Of a stretch of DNA of 64,000 nucleotides, positions 29,596 to 38,965 are shown piece by piece. Position numbers and translations under genes: made by a program. Every line of letters starts with the position of its first letter. The stretch's first letter is position 1. Origin of the DNA: Candidatus Latescibacterota bacterium (GTDB lineage Bacteria > Latescibacterota > UBA2968 > GCA-2709665); assembly GCA_963662665.2 (NCBI GenBank), contig CAXXJS010000010.1:1-64000 (forward strand), written 5' to 3'. The notes beneath the pieces are model-generated. The model worked only from the letters and a program-made list of their open reading frames with translations, had not been told where the DNA came from and made no database searches.

Positions 29596-30384
29596 TCAGG
29601 CTCGGGAAGGCCCGTGATCGCAGCCGGCCTCAGACGTACTCCTGGCATAACGTGGGCGGTTGTGTATCGGGCGGAACCCGATCCCTTCGTAGACCTTTTC
29701 GGCTGCACTGCCGGCTGCCACTTCAAGCCCTGTCCATCGATTGCCCATTGCCCTTGAGTCCGCAACCGCGCGCGCGGTCAGTGCGGACGCCACGCCTTTG
29801 CGGCGGTATTGCGGCAAGGTGCCTACGAAGTCCACGCAACCCATATCGTATTTGGAGTAAAGCAAAGAGGTTCCCGCCGGCTTTCCATCCACCCATGCGA
29901 GGTAGAGCCGTACTTCGGGGATGTCGAGAACCGTCCGGCTCAGGGCGCCCACGTCGTCCGGAAAATCGAAAGCGCGACACATCGTGCCACACCAGACTTC
30001 GTAACGGCCGGGACCGGGTTCTTCTATCCGAATCGATCCCGGCGCGACGGATTGCGCGGTCCGGTCGCAGTTCATCGCCACGGCCTGTAAATCAAACGCG
30101 AATCCGCGTCTTTTCAGCCGTTCGGCCAGATCAGCGGGCCGGTCCAGCGGCGACAGGGTGAACGCACATTCGAAATCCTTTCCCCTGAAATATGCGAGGG
30201 CGTTGTCGATCATCTTGTCCACGTCCGAGTCGGACACGTTGATCTGTACGACGCGGTGCAGCAAGGACACTTTGACGCACTCGTGGCTAAATGCCAGGGC
30301 CCCGCCCAAGTCGTGGCTGTCGCACCAGCGGGCCCGAAAACCGACCCAGAGTTTTTCGAAAGCTTCCGTGAATTGACCGGACAT
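29596..30384 (-). CDS. GNAT family N-acetyltransferase
   Basis: VGTLPQYRRKGVA acetyl-CoA motif, VYEGIGF. Confidence 0.88.
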   Translation of the reverse strand: MSGQFTEAFEKLWVGFRARWCDSHDLGGALAFSHECVKVSLLHRVVQINVSDSDVDKMIDNALAYFRGKDFECAFTLSPLDRPADLAERLKRRGFAFDLQAVAMNCDRTAQSVAPGSIRIEEPGPGRYEVWCGTMCRAFDFPDDVGALSRTVLDIPEVRLYLAWVDGKPAGTSLLYSKYDMGCVDFVGTLPQYRRKGVASALTARAVADSRAMGNRWTGLEVAAGSAAEKVYEGIGFRPIHNRPRYARSTSEAGCDHGPSRA

Positions 30385-30704
30385 AGCGTGTAAAGACGCG
30401 TGGACTTCGGCGCTCTGCGTGTTCCAGCGGAAGCCCCACCGCTTCCATTCAAGCTAACGACCGCAGATCGGGTGAAGCCATCTTATATATCTTACATGGG
30501 TCTTTGAGGGTTATTGGACCGACATGCATTGCCAAAGTGTGCCATATTGGTATATTTCCTTCTCCGCCATAATGAGATCGACCATATGAGATTCGCAGGC
30601 AATCGGCGCATGTCCGAATCCGGCGAGGAGAAACGACGAACAGCCTTAAATAAAGGAGGATCAATGAGTCATTTATTTGCATGCGGCAATCGGGGTCTTC
30701 TACC

Positions 30705-31673
30705 ATGAGATTCATTGTAACGGGCAGCAACGGCTTCATCGGCCAGAATACATGCCGCAGGCTGATCGAACTCGGACACGATGTCATCGGCGTCGACGAC
30801 CTTTCGTCCGGATCGGCCGACAACGGCGTCGAGGGCGTCCAATACCACGCCCACAGCGTTGTGGATGCGGACTGGCTTGTGCGGCTCATGAAAAACACGG
30901 TTCCGGACGCGGTCCTTCACCTGGCGGCGAAGCCGCGTGTTCCGGATTCTGTGAAGAATCCGCTGCGCAGCGCGGAGGCAAACACAATGGGGACCCTGTC
31001 CGTACTCAACGCGATCTTGGAGACCGGGCTGAAGGGGAGAACACGCCTCGTCTTCGCCAGCAGCAGCGCGGTCTGCGGCAACGCTTCGGTCCTTCCCACG
31101 CCGGAGGCCTGCCCCTCGGACCCGCAGTCACCCTACGCTCTGGCGAAACTGCACGGCGAGCAGTGGTGCGCCATGTTTCATCGATTGTACGGACTGGATG
31201 TCGTAAGCCTGCGATATTTCAACGTATTCGGTCCCGGCGGGCTTTTCGGCGGCGCCTATTCAACCGTATTGTCGGCCTGGTCCTATCACCTGTTCGTGGA
31301 TCCGTCGTACCAGCCCTTCCTGGAAGGCGACGGCACCCAGACACGGGACTTCTGCTTCGTTGAGAACGTTGTCGACGCGAATATCGCCGCTGCGACCCGC
31401 GAACGCGGCTTTGAAGCGGACGTACTGAACGTGGGTCAGGGGGAAGCCCACTCCGTGCTTGAGGTCAAGGACGTTCTGGAAAAGGTTGCAGACAGAGAAC
31501 TCCCGCTTGAACGCCGTCCGGCTCGTGTAGGCGACGTGGCGCACACGCTGGCCGACATTTCACGGGCACGGGACGAACTCGGGTTCGAGCCGGCGACCGA
31601 CTTCTACAACCAGGTTGAACGCACCGCGATATGGCACCGCGATTGTTATCCCGAACGGCCGCGGGAGCGTTGA
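30705..31673 (+). CDS. NAD-dependent epimerase/dehydratase (extended SDR)
   Basis: VTGSNGFIG, HLAA, ASSSAV, PYALAK (YxxxK), LRYFNVFGP, GDGTQTRDF. Confidence 0.93.
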   Translation: MRFIVTGSNGFIGQNTCRRLIELGHDVIGVDDLSSGSADNGVEGVQYHAHSVVDADWLVRLMKNTVPDAVLHLAAKPRVPDSVKNPLRSAEANTMGTLSVLNAILETGLKGRTRLVFASSSAVCGNASVLPTPEACPSDPQSPYALAKLHGEQWCAMFHRLYGLDVVSLRYFNVFGPGGLFGGAYSTVLSAWSYHLFVDPSYQPFLEGDGTQTRDFCFVENVVDANIAAATRERGFEADVLNVGQGEAHSVLEVKDVLEKVADRELPLERRPARVGDVAHTLADISRARDELGFEPATDFYNQVERTAIWHRDCYPERPRER

Positions 31674-31956
31674 GTTGAGAAACTGAAAACCTGAAGCACC
31701 ACCCGATACGCATCCGTACGTTGCACTCCTTCACCTTTACCACTGTTCACGGATTCATTTCGTGTAATTGTCTCATTTGGCAGGTACAGGAGGTCCCCGC
31801 ATCTGCGAAATTCGTTGGTCGCTACTGAAAAAAAGATCCCGAAATAGCGCGGATTATTCGGATTGCCGGGCACGCGCATCGCGGGAACTGTCGGCCTGAT
31901 CACTTATCCGGGCAACGCCCCTGACCTGGCGCAGCAATGGATTCACTGGAAATGGG

Positions 31957-32030
31957 TGGGCGATACTGGATTCGAACCAGTGACCTCCTGCTTGTAAGGC
32001 AGGCGCTCTAACCAGCTGAGCTAACCGCCC
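31957..32030 (-). tRNA. tRNA-Val (anticodon TAC)
   Basis: Minus strand GGGCGGTTAGCTCAGCTGGTTAGAGCG-CCTGC-CTTACAA-GCAGG-AGGTC-ACTGGTTCGAATCCAGT-ATCGCCCA; followed by CCC, so CCA is not encoded in register. Confidence 0.97.
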
Positions 32031-32332
32031 ATCGATTCTTCGGACGCATCTTCGGCCGGTTTTTCCGACCCGCCCAGCAGCAGACCGAGCGGGATCAGCA
32101 CACAATATCCTATCACCAGCAGAACAGGCGCCAGCGTAAGCGACAGGAAACCGTCGACCGGGGGCTGAGACAGGCACAGGTAACCGATCAGGATCGTGCA
32201 CAGGCCGGCACCCAGGAAAGCCCAGTTCCTGCGGGAGTAGGGCAGGGGACTCGGTGCAGGCTCCCGCCGCTGTTTCTGCACCCTGCGCGCGGTGCGGCCG
32301 CGAGAGCGTCTTCCTGAATTTTTCGTTGCCAT
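32021..32332 (-). CDS. DUF3098-like small membrane protein
   Basis: Basic N-terminus, two TM segments, SLTLAPVLLVIGY motif; GGGAG RBS; stop codon lies inside the tRNA. Confidence 0.8.
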   Translation of the reverse strand: MATKNSGRRSRGRTARRVQKQRREPAPSPLPYSRRNWAFLGAGLCTILIGYLCLSQPPVDGFLSLTLAPVLLVIGYCVLIPLGLLLGGSEKPAEDASEESMGG

Positions 32333-32350
32333 TGGGTATACCGACTCCCT

Positions 32351-32510
32351 GGCAGTCCTGTTTCAAGAAGCTTCTATGCAGGCGCGACCAGGCCGAATCG
32401 GGAATTCGGAGAGGGACGCGCAACACGGTAATTCTGTCACAAGAGCCGCCCGTCCGGCTGAAGCATGCGAGGCAGGCTGCAGACCGGATGGGCTTTTTCA
32501 ACGGGCTGCT
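32351..32510. mobile_element. MITE-like intergenic repeat, most complete copy
   Basis: Right end GGGCTTTTTCAACGGGCTGCT, degenerate inverted left end GGCAGTCCTGTTTCAAGAAGC; internal sequence shared with 59321-59452. Confidence 0.65.
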
Positions 32511-32867
32511 TTATGAAGCGGTCCGTTTTTCCTCAATCCTTGCGGCTTTGCCCTGCAGTTCGCGCAGATACTTAATACGTGTACGGCGCACCTTGCCGGG
32601 TCGAATCTGCTCGACCCTCGCCACGCGCGGCGAGTGGAGCGGAAAAATCCGCTCCACTCCCACACCGCCCACCACCATCTTCCGTACCGTGAAAGTCTCC
32701 TGGATCCCGTGTCCACGACGCTGGATCACCACGCCTTCGAATACCTGCGTTCGCTGCTTTTCGCCTTCAACCACCCGTACGAGCACCCGCACGGTATCCC
32801 CCGCGCCAAACTGCGGCACATCGGACTTGATCTGTTCCTCGGTCAAGGATTTCAACAACGCGTCCAT
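32511..32867 (-). CDS. rplS: 50S ribosomal protein L19
   Basis: [37 protein letters not shown]; follows trmD. Confidence 0.97.
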   Translation of the reverse strand: MDALLKSLTEEQIKSDVPQFGAGDTVRVLVRVVEGEKQRTQVFEGVVIQRRGHGIQETFTVRKMVVGGVGVERIFPLHSPRVARVEQIRPGKVRRTRIKYLRELQGKAARIEEKRTAS

Positions 32868-32960
32868 GGTGACACTCCTGAAACGAAATAAACAACCTGA
32901 GAAAAAACCGCCGCTTTCTGCCGGTTGGATGCAGTGTGAATACTCTGCAACCAACGTCAG

Positions 32961-33698
32961 TTACTTCCCGTGCCCACCAACATTGCCCTTCTCTGAACCG
33001 ACACTGTCTCCAACGCCTTTTCTCTTCAACAGGTCCGGACGCCGTTCCCGGGTCCGTTGCACCGCCGTGTCGTGCCGCCACCCTGCAATCCGCAGATGGT
33101 CGCCACTTAACAGAACATCGGGAACCCGCAGGCCCTCAAACTCTCTGGGCTTCGTATACCACGGACAATCCAGAAGCCCGTTCTGAAACGAATCCTCCAG
33201 GGCGGATTCCGCGTCTCCGATGGCCCCGGGGATCAATCGCACGATCGCGTCCAGCAACACCAGCGCGGGCAATTCGCCGCCACTCAACACGTAATCGCCC
33301 ACCGAAACTTCCTCGGTAACGTACAAATCCCGGACACGCTCGTCAATACCACGATACCGTCCGCACAAAAACACCAGATTCGGCGCAAGGGACAATCGGT
33401 TTACGGTCTTCTGATCCAGCCGTTTCCCCTCCGGCGTGAGGAAAATTACATAATCCAGCGGCCGACCGGCGTCTTGAATGGCGGCCAGCGCCCGGGCGAT
33501 CGGTCCGGGCTTGAACACCATTCCCGCTCCGCCACCGTAGGGTGCGTCGTCCACCGAACGGTGGACGTCATCGGTAAAATCCCTCAAATCATGCGCTGCG
33601 ACGTCGATCAGGCCCGCACGGACCGCACGACCCGTAATGCCAAACGCAGCCACGTCTCGAATCAGATCCGGAAATATGGTGAGGAAGTCTATATACAT
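32961..33698 (-). CDS. trmD: tRNA (guanine-N1)-methyltransferase
   Basis: VDDAPYGGGAGM, LCGRYRGIDER, SVGDYVLSGGE, VPDVLLSGDH. Confidence 0.97.
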   Translation of the reverse strand: MYIDFLTIFPDLIRDVAAFGITGRAVRAGLIDVAAHDLRDFTDDVHRSVDDAPYGGGAGMVFKPGPIARALAAIQDAGRPLDYVIFLTPEGKRLDQKTVNRLSLAPNLVFLCGRYRGIDERVRDLYVTEEVSVGDYVLSGGELPALVLLDAIVRLIPGAIGDAESALEDSFQNGLLDCPWYTKPREFEGLRVPDVLLSGDHLRIAGWRHDTAVQRTRERRPDLLKRKGVGDSVGSEKGNVGGHGK

Positions 33699-33732
33699 AG
33701 CAGTCCGGTCGCATGGTGCCTTTTTTCGCTTT

Positions 33733-34263
33733 CTAATCCAGGAGTCCCTCAACGTCCTTCACGACCAGACGCCCGCCCTCCAGGTCGACCCGAACCAGAT
33801 CCTTCGCGGCGGGTACCAGACGTTCCCTCCCATCATCCCCGTTGATCACGTACAGATCGTTTCCGGGATGGGAAATCACGTCGACCACCTTCCCGACTTC
33901 CAAACCTTCTTCCGTCTCAGCCTTCAGTCCCACGATCTCAAAAACGTAAAATGTATCTTCAGGAAGCCGGTACACCTCGTCGGCGCTGACCAGTAACCGG
34001 CTTCCCCGAAACGGCGCAACAGCGGCAGACGTGTCTATGCCGAGGAATTTTACGGCCATGCGCCGACCATAGTTCCGCACGCGGTCGATCCCGAGTGTCA
34101 CCCGGTTCCCGTCGGGGCTTTCGACCAGAGCTTGCTTGAGATCTTCAAACCGTTCCGGAAAATCCGTCAGGGGATGCAGAAACGCCTCGCCCATGAGGCC
34201 TCTGGGTTTCAGAACCCTGCCGATGGCGACGTATCGTTCCCGATCTGCCGGATCTTGAGACAA
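33733..34263 (-). CDS. rimM: 16S rRNA processing protein RimM
   Basis: IGRVLKPRGLMGE, LTDFPERF, PGNDLY; between rpsP and trmD. Confidence 0.95.
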   Translation of the reverse strand: MSQDPADRERYVAIGRVLKPRGLMGEAFLHPLTDFPERFEDLKQALVESPDGNRVTLGIDRVRNYGRRMAVKFLGIDTSAAVAPFRGSRLLVSADEVYRLPEDTFYVFEIVGLKAETEEGLEVGKVVDVISHPGNDLYVINGDDGRERLVPAAKDLVRVDLEGGRLVVKDVEGLLD

Positions 34264-34266
34264 GGA

Positions 34267-34572
34267 TTATTCCTCATCTTCAGGTTCGGTTTCGGCCGAT
34301 TCGTCCGTTTCGGTTGCGGATGTGCCGTCCTGGCTCAGTATTCCCTGCTGCCGAAGCAGACTCTTCACCGTTCCTGACGGCTCGGCGCCCAGTTCCAGCC
34401 AGTGGCGCGCCCGCTCGGCGTTCAACCGGACAACCCGCGGATTCTCGGTTGGATCGTAATACCCCAGGCTTTCAATGAACCGACCGTCCCTCGGGGACCG
34501 GCTGTCTGCAATCACGACCCTGTAAAACGGTGAATTCCTGGCGCCTTTTCGGGTCAATCGAATCTTTACCAA
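34267..34572 (-). CDS. rpsP: 30S ribosomal protein S16
   Basis: [29 protein letters not shown]; TTG start with GGAGG RBS. Confidence 0.97.
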   Translation of the reverse strand: MVKIRLTRKGARNSPFYRVVIADSRSPRDGRFIESLGYYDPTENPRVVRLNAERARHWLELGAEPSGTVKSLLRQQGILSQDGTSATETDESAETEPEDEE

Positions 34573-34639
34573 GATCCATCCTCCCAATCTGAAAACAAGC
34601 TGTCAGACTTCCGTTGCTCTGCCGATTACAGAATTCGAC

Positions 34640-35968
34640 TCAAACCGGAAACGGTACTCCCGCGCCGCGGCCCTGTTTTTCCGTCCGCGACATCCGTCTC
34701 ATCATCTTGCGCATCATCCCGAACTGCTTGATCAGCCTATTGACTTCCTGGATGCTGCACCCGCTGCCTTTCGCAATGCGCCGGCGCCTGCTGCCGTTCA
34801 GGATCTGGGGTCTTGCCCGCTCGTGCCGTGTCATTGACAGGATGATCGCTTCAGTATGCACAAATGCGTCTTCATCCACCTGCATTCCCTTCATTGCTTT
34901 TCCCGCTCCCGGAACCATGTCCATCAGCTGGTTCAACGGCCCCATCTTGCGAACCTGATCCAGCTGCTGCAGAAAGTCATCGAATGTAAATGATGCACTT
35001 CTCAGCTTCCTTTCCAGCTTCTGCGCCTGTTTCACGTCCACCGCGTCCTGAGCCCGTTCCACCAACGTCACAACGTCGCCCATACCCAGAATACGGGAGG
35101 CCATCCGATCCGGATGAAACGGCTCGATTCCGTCCACCGTTTCACTAACGCCCGCGTATTTGATGGGTACGCCCGTGACTTCACGGATCGATAGCGCCGC
35201 GCCACCGCGCGTATCGCTATCCAGCCGTGTAAGCACCACTCCAGTAAAGTTGAGTTGTTCGTTAAACGCCGTCGCCGCTGAAACCGCGTCCTGACCTGTC
35301 ATCCCGTCCGCCACAAACAGAATCTCACCCGGCGAAACCGCGTCACGAATCCGCTCCAATTCCGCCATCCGTTCATCGTCCACGTGCAACCGGCCCGCCG
35401 TATCCAGAATCACGGGGTCCATCCCGTCCGCATGCGCCACGGCCACGGCCTCGGCGCAAATCACCGCCGGGTCGGTTCCGTCTGCCGCCCGGTGGACCGG
35501 CACGTCTACTGACGCGCCGAGTACGCAAAGCTGGTCGATTGCCGCCGGCCGATAGATATCAGCCGCCACAAGAAGCGGCCGCAGGCCCTTCCCTTTCAGG
35601 AGTCGAGCCAATTTTGCGCACAGCGTCGTCTTCCCCGACCCTTGCAGGCCGACAACCATCACGACGTTAGGCGCCGGCGCCGTCAGATTCAACTCCTGAT
35701 GCTCGTCTCCCATGAGATGAATCAGTTCGTCGTGGACGACCTTGACGACCTGCTGCCCGGGAGTAATGCTTCGCAACACGTCACGCCCTATCGCCCGCTC
35801 TCTTACACGGGCAATAAACGACCGCGCCACCTTGTAGTTGACGTCCGCCTCCAGGAGCGCGCGGCGGACGTCTCTCAGCGCTTCATCGATATTGGCTTCG
35901 GCCAATCTGCCGCGGCCACGAAGCTTTTTGAAAACCCCTTCAAGCTTTTCCGCGAGATGATCGAACAT
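34640..35968 (-). CDS. ffh: Signal recognition particle protein
   Basis: ALLEADV, GLQGSGKTT, DTAGRL, GGAALS, RMASRILGMGD, M domain SRRRRIAKGSG. Confidence 0.98.
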   Translation of the reverse strand: MFDHLAEKLEGVFKKLRGRGRLAEANIDEALRDVRRALLEADVNYKVARSFIARVRERAIGRDVLRSITPGQQVVKVVHDELIHLMGDEHQELNLTAPAPNVVMVVGLQGSGKTTLCAKLARLLKGKGLRPLLVAADIYRPAAIDQLCVLGASVDVPVHRAADGTDPAVICAEAVAVAHADGMDPVILDTAGRLHVDDERMAELERIRDAVSPGEILFVADGMTGQDAVSAATAFNEQLNFTGVVLTRLDSDTRGGAALSIREVTGVPIKYAGVSETVDGIEPFHPDRMASRILGMGDVVTLVERAQDAVDVKQAQKLERKLRSASFTFDDFLQQLDQVRKMGPLNQLMDMVPGAGKAMKGMQVDEDAFVHTEAIILSMTRHERARPQILNGSRRRRIAKGSGCSIQEVNRLIKQFGMMRKMMRRMSRTEKQGRGAGVPFPV

Positions 35969-36092
35969 GGGGCCGTCCTGTCGTTGATCCTGAAGTGAGA
36001 CACAGAACGTTAAAAATACGGGACAGCGGGATTTTATGCAACAAAAAACTCCAGAATCGGGGCACCCCCGGATGGTCTTTCCCAGCAAACTG

Positions 36093-36758
36093 TCAGGCCG
36101 GCCCGGCCAACCCCGCGCGCCTCAACGCAGCCACGTTTTCAACTACTCTGCCATCCCGAAACGCTGCAGATCCCGCAACCAGAACGTCCGCCCCCGCAGC
36201 GACGGCCTGCCCCGCGTTTTCCAACCCGATTCCCCCGTCGATTTCGATCTCCGCATTCACGCCCTGACGTTCGATCTCCGCCCTCAATCGCCGAACTTTC
36301 TCCAGAGACTCCGGCATGAACGCCTGACCGCCAAAACCCGGCTCCACCGACATCACAAGCGCAAGATCAAGCGACGCGAGCAGGGGAAACAACACTTCTA
36401 CGGGTGTTGCCGGCTTCACCGTAGCGCCCGCCCGCATTCCCATCGACCGGATTTCACGAAGCAATGCGGGCACATCAGCGTTGACCTCCACGTGGACGGT
36501 GCATATGTCAGCTCCGCTATCCGCAAAGTCCTTCAGGTACCTGCCCGGGTCGCTGATCATAAGATGTACGTCAAGGGTCAACGCCGTCGTTTTCCGAACG
36601 GCTTCCACCACCATTGCGCCGAACGTAATATTCGGAACGAAATGACCGTCCATCACGTCCAGATGAATATACTCCGCACCTGCTGATTCCACGGCTCGAA
36701 TCTCGCGTTCCAGCGCGGCGAAATCCGCCGACAGGAATGACGGAGCGATTTTAATCAC
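36093..36758 (-). CDS. rpe: Ribulose-phosphate 3-epimerase
   Basis: IAPSFLSADF, HLDVMDGHFVPN, MSVEPGFGGQ, IEIDGGI. Confidence 0.97.
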   Translation of the reverse strand: MIKIAPSFLSADFAALEREIRAVESAGAEYIHLDVMDGHFVPNITFGAMVVEAVRKTTALTLDVHLMISDPGRYLKDFADSGADICTVHVEVNADVPALLREIRSMGMRAGATVKPATPVEVLFPLLASLDLALVMSVEPGFGGQAFMPESLEKVRRLRAEIERQGVNAEIEIDGGIGLENAGQAVAAGADVLVAGSAAFRDGRVVENVAALRRAGLAGPA

Positions 36759-36825
36759 AAAAAAACCTCCAGTTCTCGGAAACGGGGGCTGAACGCATAC
36801 ACCAACCTGCGACGATGACCGACCG

Positions 36826-37560
36826 TTACAATTTGCTCACGACCAGCCGCACACGCGTACCCTGCTTAACCTCTTCCCCGGAATCGGGGACGTGGCGGAT
36901 CACCACGTTCAATAGATGCTGGGTGCTGAACTCGTACCGGATATCCCGCACCTGCAGCCCGGCCGAATCCAACTCCGCACGGGCCGTATCAAGCGGTTTA
37001 CCGACCAGATCCGGCATCGGGAACATCTCTCCCGGAAGCCCGTTGCTTAGCGTTACCGATATCGGCGTTCCAACCTGAACCCGCAGTCCCGGCGCGGGAT
37101 CCTGGCTGATAATCAGGCCTTCCTTGACGGTTGGAGACGCATCCTCCAGAGTATCACCCATGGCAAGGCCGGACTGTGCAATCCACAACTGCGCCTGGCG
37201 TAGTGATTTCTCCCGAAGGTCGGGCACCTCGTACAGGCGGTTCCCCCGACTGGGAACCGCATACACCGTCCGGTTTTTTTTCACAAGTGAATACGCAGGC
37301 GGATTCTGTTGTACAAGCCTGCCTTCGGCAATCGATGCGTCCCACCGGGGCTGCTGAAGCTTCAGCCTGAGACCCCGTTGAGACAGCGCCAGGCCGGCCT
37401 CGTCGGGTGTCAGATCGACGATATCGGGCACCTCTACCTGCTGGCCGGCACGCACCAGACGCGGCATGATGAATCGATCGAGCAAAATCAGCCCCACGGC
37501 GCCGGTGAGCACAGCGCAGCCCGCGAACAACGCCGCCTCTCGCAAAATCCTTCTGGCCAT
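36826..37560 (-). CDS. Membrane-anchored protein with three PASTA domains
   Basis: TM segment then VPDIVDL, VPDLREK and MPDLVGK repeats. Confidence 0.9.
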   Translation of the reverse strand: MARRILREAALFAGCAVLTGAVGLILLDRFIMPRLVRAGQQVEVPDIVDLTPDEAGLALSQRGLRLKLQQPRWDASIAEGRLVQQNPPAYSLVKKNRTVYAVPSRGNRLYEVPDLREKSLRQAQLWIAQSGLAMGDTLEDASPTVKEGLIISQDPAPGLRVQVGTPISVTLSNGLPGEMFPMPDLVGKPLDTARAELDSAGLQVRDIRYEFSTQHLLNVVIRHVPDSGEEVKQGTRVRLVVSKL

Positions 37561-37644
37561 CCTCCTGGTAACCCGCCTGTTTCAATTATTAGATACCGCG
37601 TCCGGGGCGGAGAAGTCTGCACGCTCCGTCCGGTGTCGGATTCA

Positions 37645-37673
37645 AAAATAGGACAACATCACCCTCGTGTCAA
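37645..37673 (-). promoter_or_regulatory. Sigma70-type promoter for PASTA gene-rpe
   Basis: Minus strand TTGACA-N17-TATTTT. Confidence 0.6.
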
Positions 37674-37687
37674 GATCACACCCCCCG

Positions 37688-38611
37688 TCAGCGCCCGATC
37701 GTCATTGAAACCCGGTGTGACATCCCCAGCACGGTGTGGTAGAGCGTTGCATAGTCGATCCGGAACACACCCCGGCTCACGCCCATTCCTATCGACAATC
37801 GCTCGGGCCGACCCCCTGTGCCCAGTCGCAACGTTACGTTGCGACTGGGACTGAATTCCACACCCGCGCTCGCTCCGGTTGGCTGGCCCGCTTCCTTGCG
37901 AACATCCACCAGCAACGCCAGATCCGGCACAACCTCGAATCCAACGCCCGCAATACCGCCCTGACCCAGCACGTCCACCGACTGCCCCCCCGCGTTCCAC
38001 GCTGCAAGGCCCAGCGTTGCCTTCGAACTGAGTACTATCCTCGCGCCCAGGTCGAATGCCGTCCACGCGCGGTTCGCGCCGGCGGCGACCGACAGCCGCA
38101 TGCGCCGGACCCTCACCCCGAGACCCAGCCGGGATGCCACACGAATGCCAAATGTAACCCCGGTTGTCCGCTCCCGGTACAGGCTGAACCCGTACTCCTC
38201 GTATCCGAGGCCGACGGCCACCCGGCCCGAAGACGCGACCGTCCCGATCGCCTGGACATCCAACGCCGCCATGCCGAACGGACGCTCATATCCTCCCGTA
38301 ACGCTGACTCCCTCGGCCCATGCTAACGCGCCCGCGTTCCAGAAAACGCCTTCAACGCCCGCCGCCCAACCCACGAATGTGTCACCCAATCCACCCGGCC
38401 GCGCGCCCACGGGATGAAACTCGAACGCGGCAGCGGCATGGAAGGGGACCGTGGATACTCCTGCAATCCCGCAGCAGGCCGCGAGTGCGATCCGGGCCAC
38501 GCGGCGAAGCCATGGATTTAATGGACCGCCGTGCCTTGCCACAACGAGCGGGCGCCGCTGCGCGGGGCGTTCATTCATCCGCCGCGCCGCGTTTTCGTAA
38601 GATATCCCCAT
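37688..38611 (-). CDS. PorV/FadL-like outer membrane beta-barrel protein (start uncertain)
   Basis: Signal peptide, VGARPGGLG..FWNAGALA motif, C-terminal IDYA..LGMSHRVSM. Confidence 0.7.
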   Translation of the reverse strand: MGISYENAARRMNERPAQRRPLVVARHGGPLNPWLRRVARIALAACCGIAGVSTVPFHAAAAFEFHPVGARPGGLGDTFVGWAAGVEGVFWNAGALAWAEGVSVTGGYERPFGMAALDVQAIGTVASSGRVAVGLGYEEYGFSLYRERTTGVTFGIRVASRLGLGVRVRRMRLSVAAGANRAWTAFDLGARIVLSSKATLGLAAWNAGGQSVDVLGQGGIAGVGFEVVPDLALLVDVRKEAGQPTGASAGVEFSPSRNVTLRLGTGGRPERLSIGMGVSRGVFRIDYATLYHTVLGMSHRVSMTIGR

Positions 38612-38965
38612 CCTGAAGGGATCTTAACCGCAAGCCCTGTGCCGTACCTTGTATCTATCCGAAATAACAGACTATCTTATTCAATATCAAATTCTTGAGA
38701 TGGAACTTTCCAGACCCCTGCCGAGCCACCGATCCGTATACTGCCGTGCCGAACGTTACAGTTCAAGGTCGAATTGCCGCCCGGTGGAAGACAGAAAGCC
38801 CGTGGGCAATCACCCACGGGCAATATAGAATTAGACCTGACCGCGCTGCTGCGTTATATTTCCAACCAAACCGGGACGAGGATGACCCGGCTCTACGCAC
38901 GGCCGAAGATTCCGGTTACCGCATTGAAACCTTCTCAATTATGACTGGATTACGGGACGGGCAGC

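Noticed and set aside
38798-38821. Hairpin GCCCGTGGG-caatca-CCCACGGGC, REP-like
   Set aside because: Single copy in the window; cannot be told apart from an ordinary terminator
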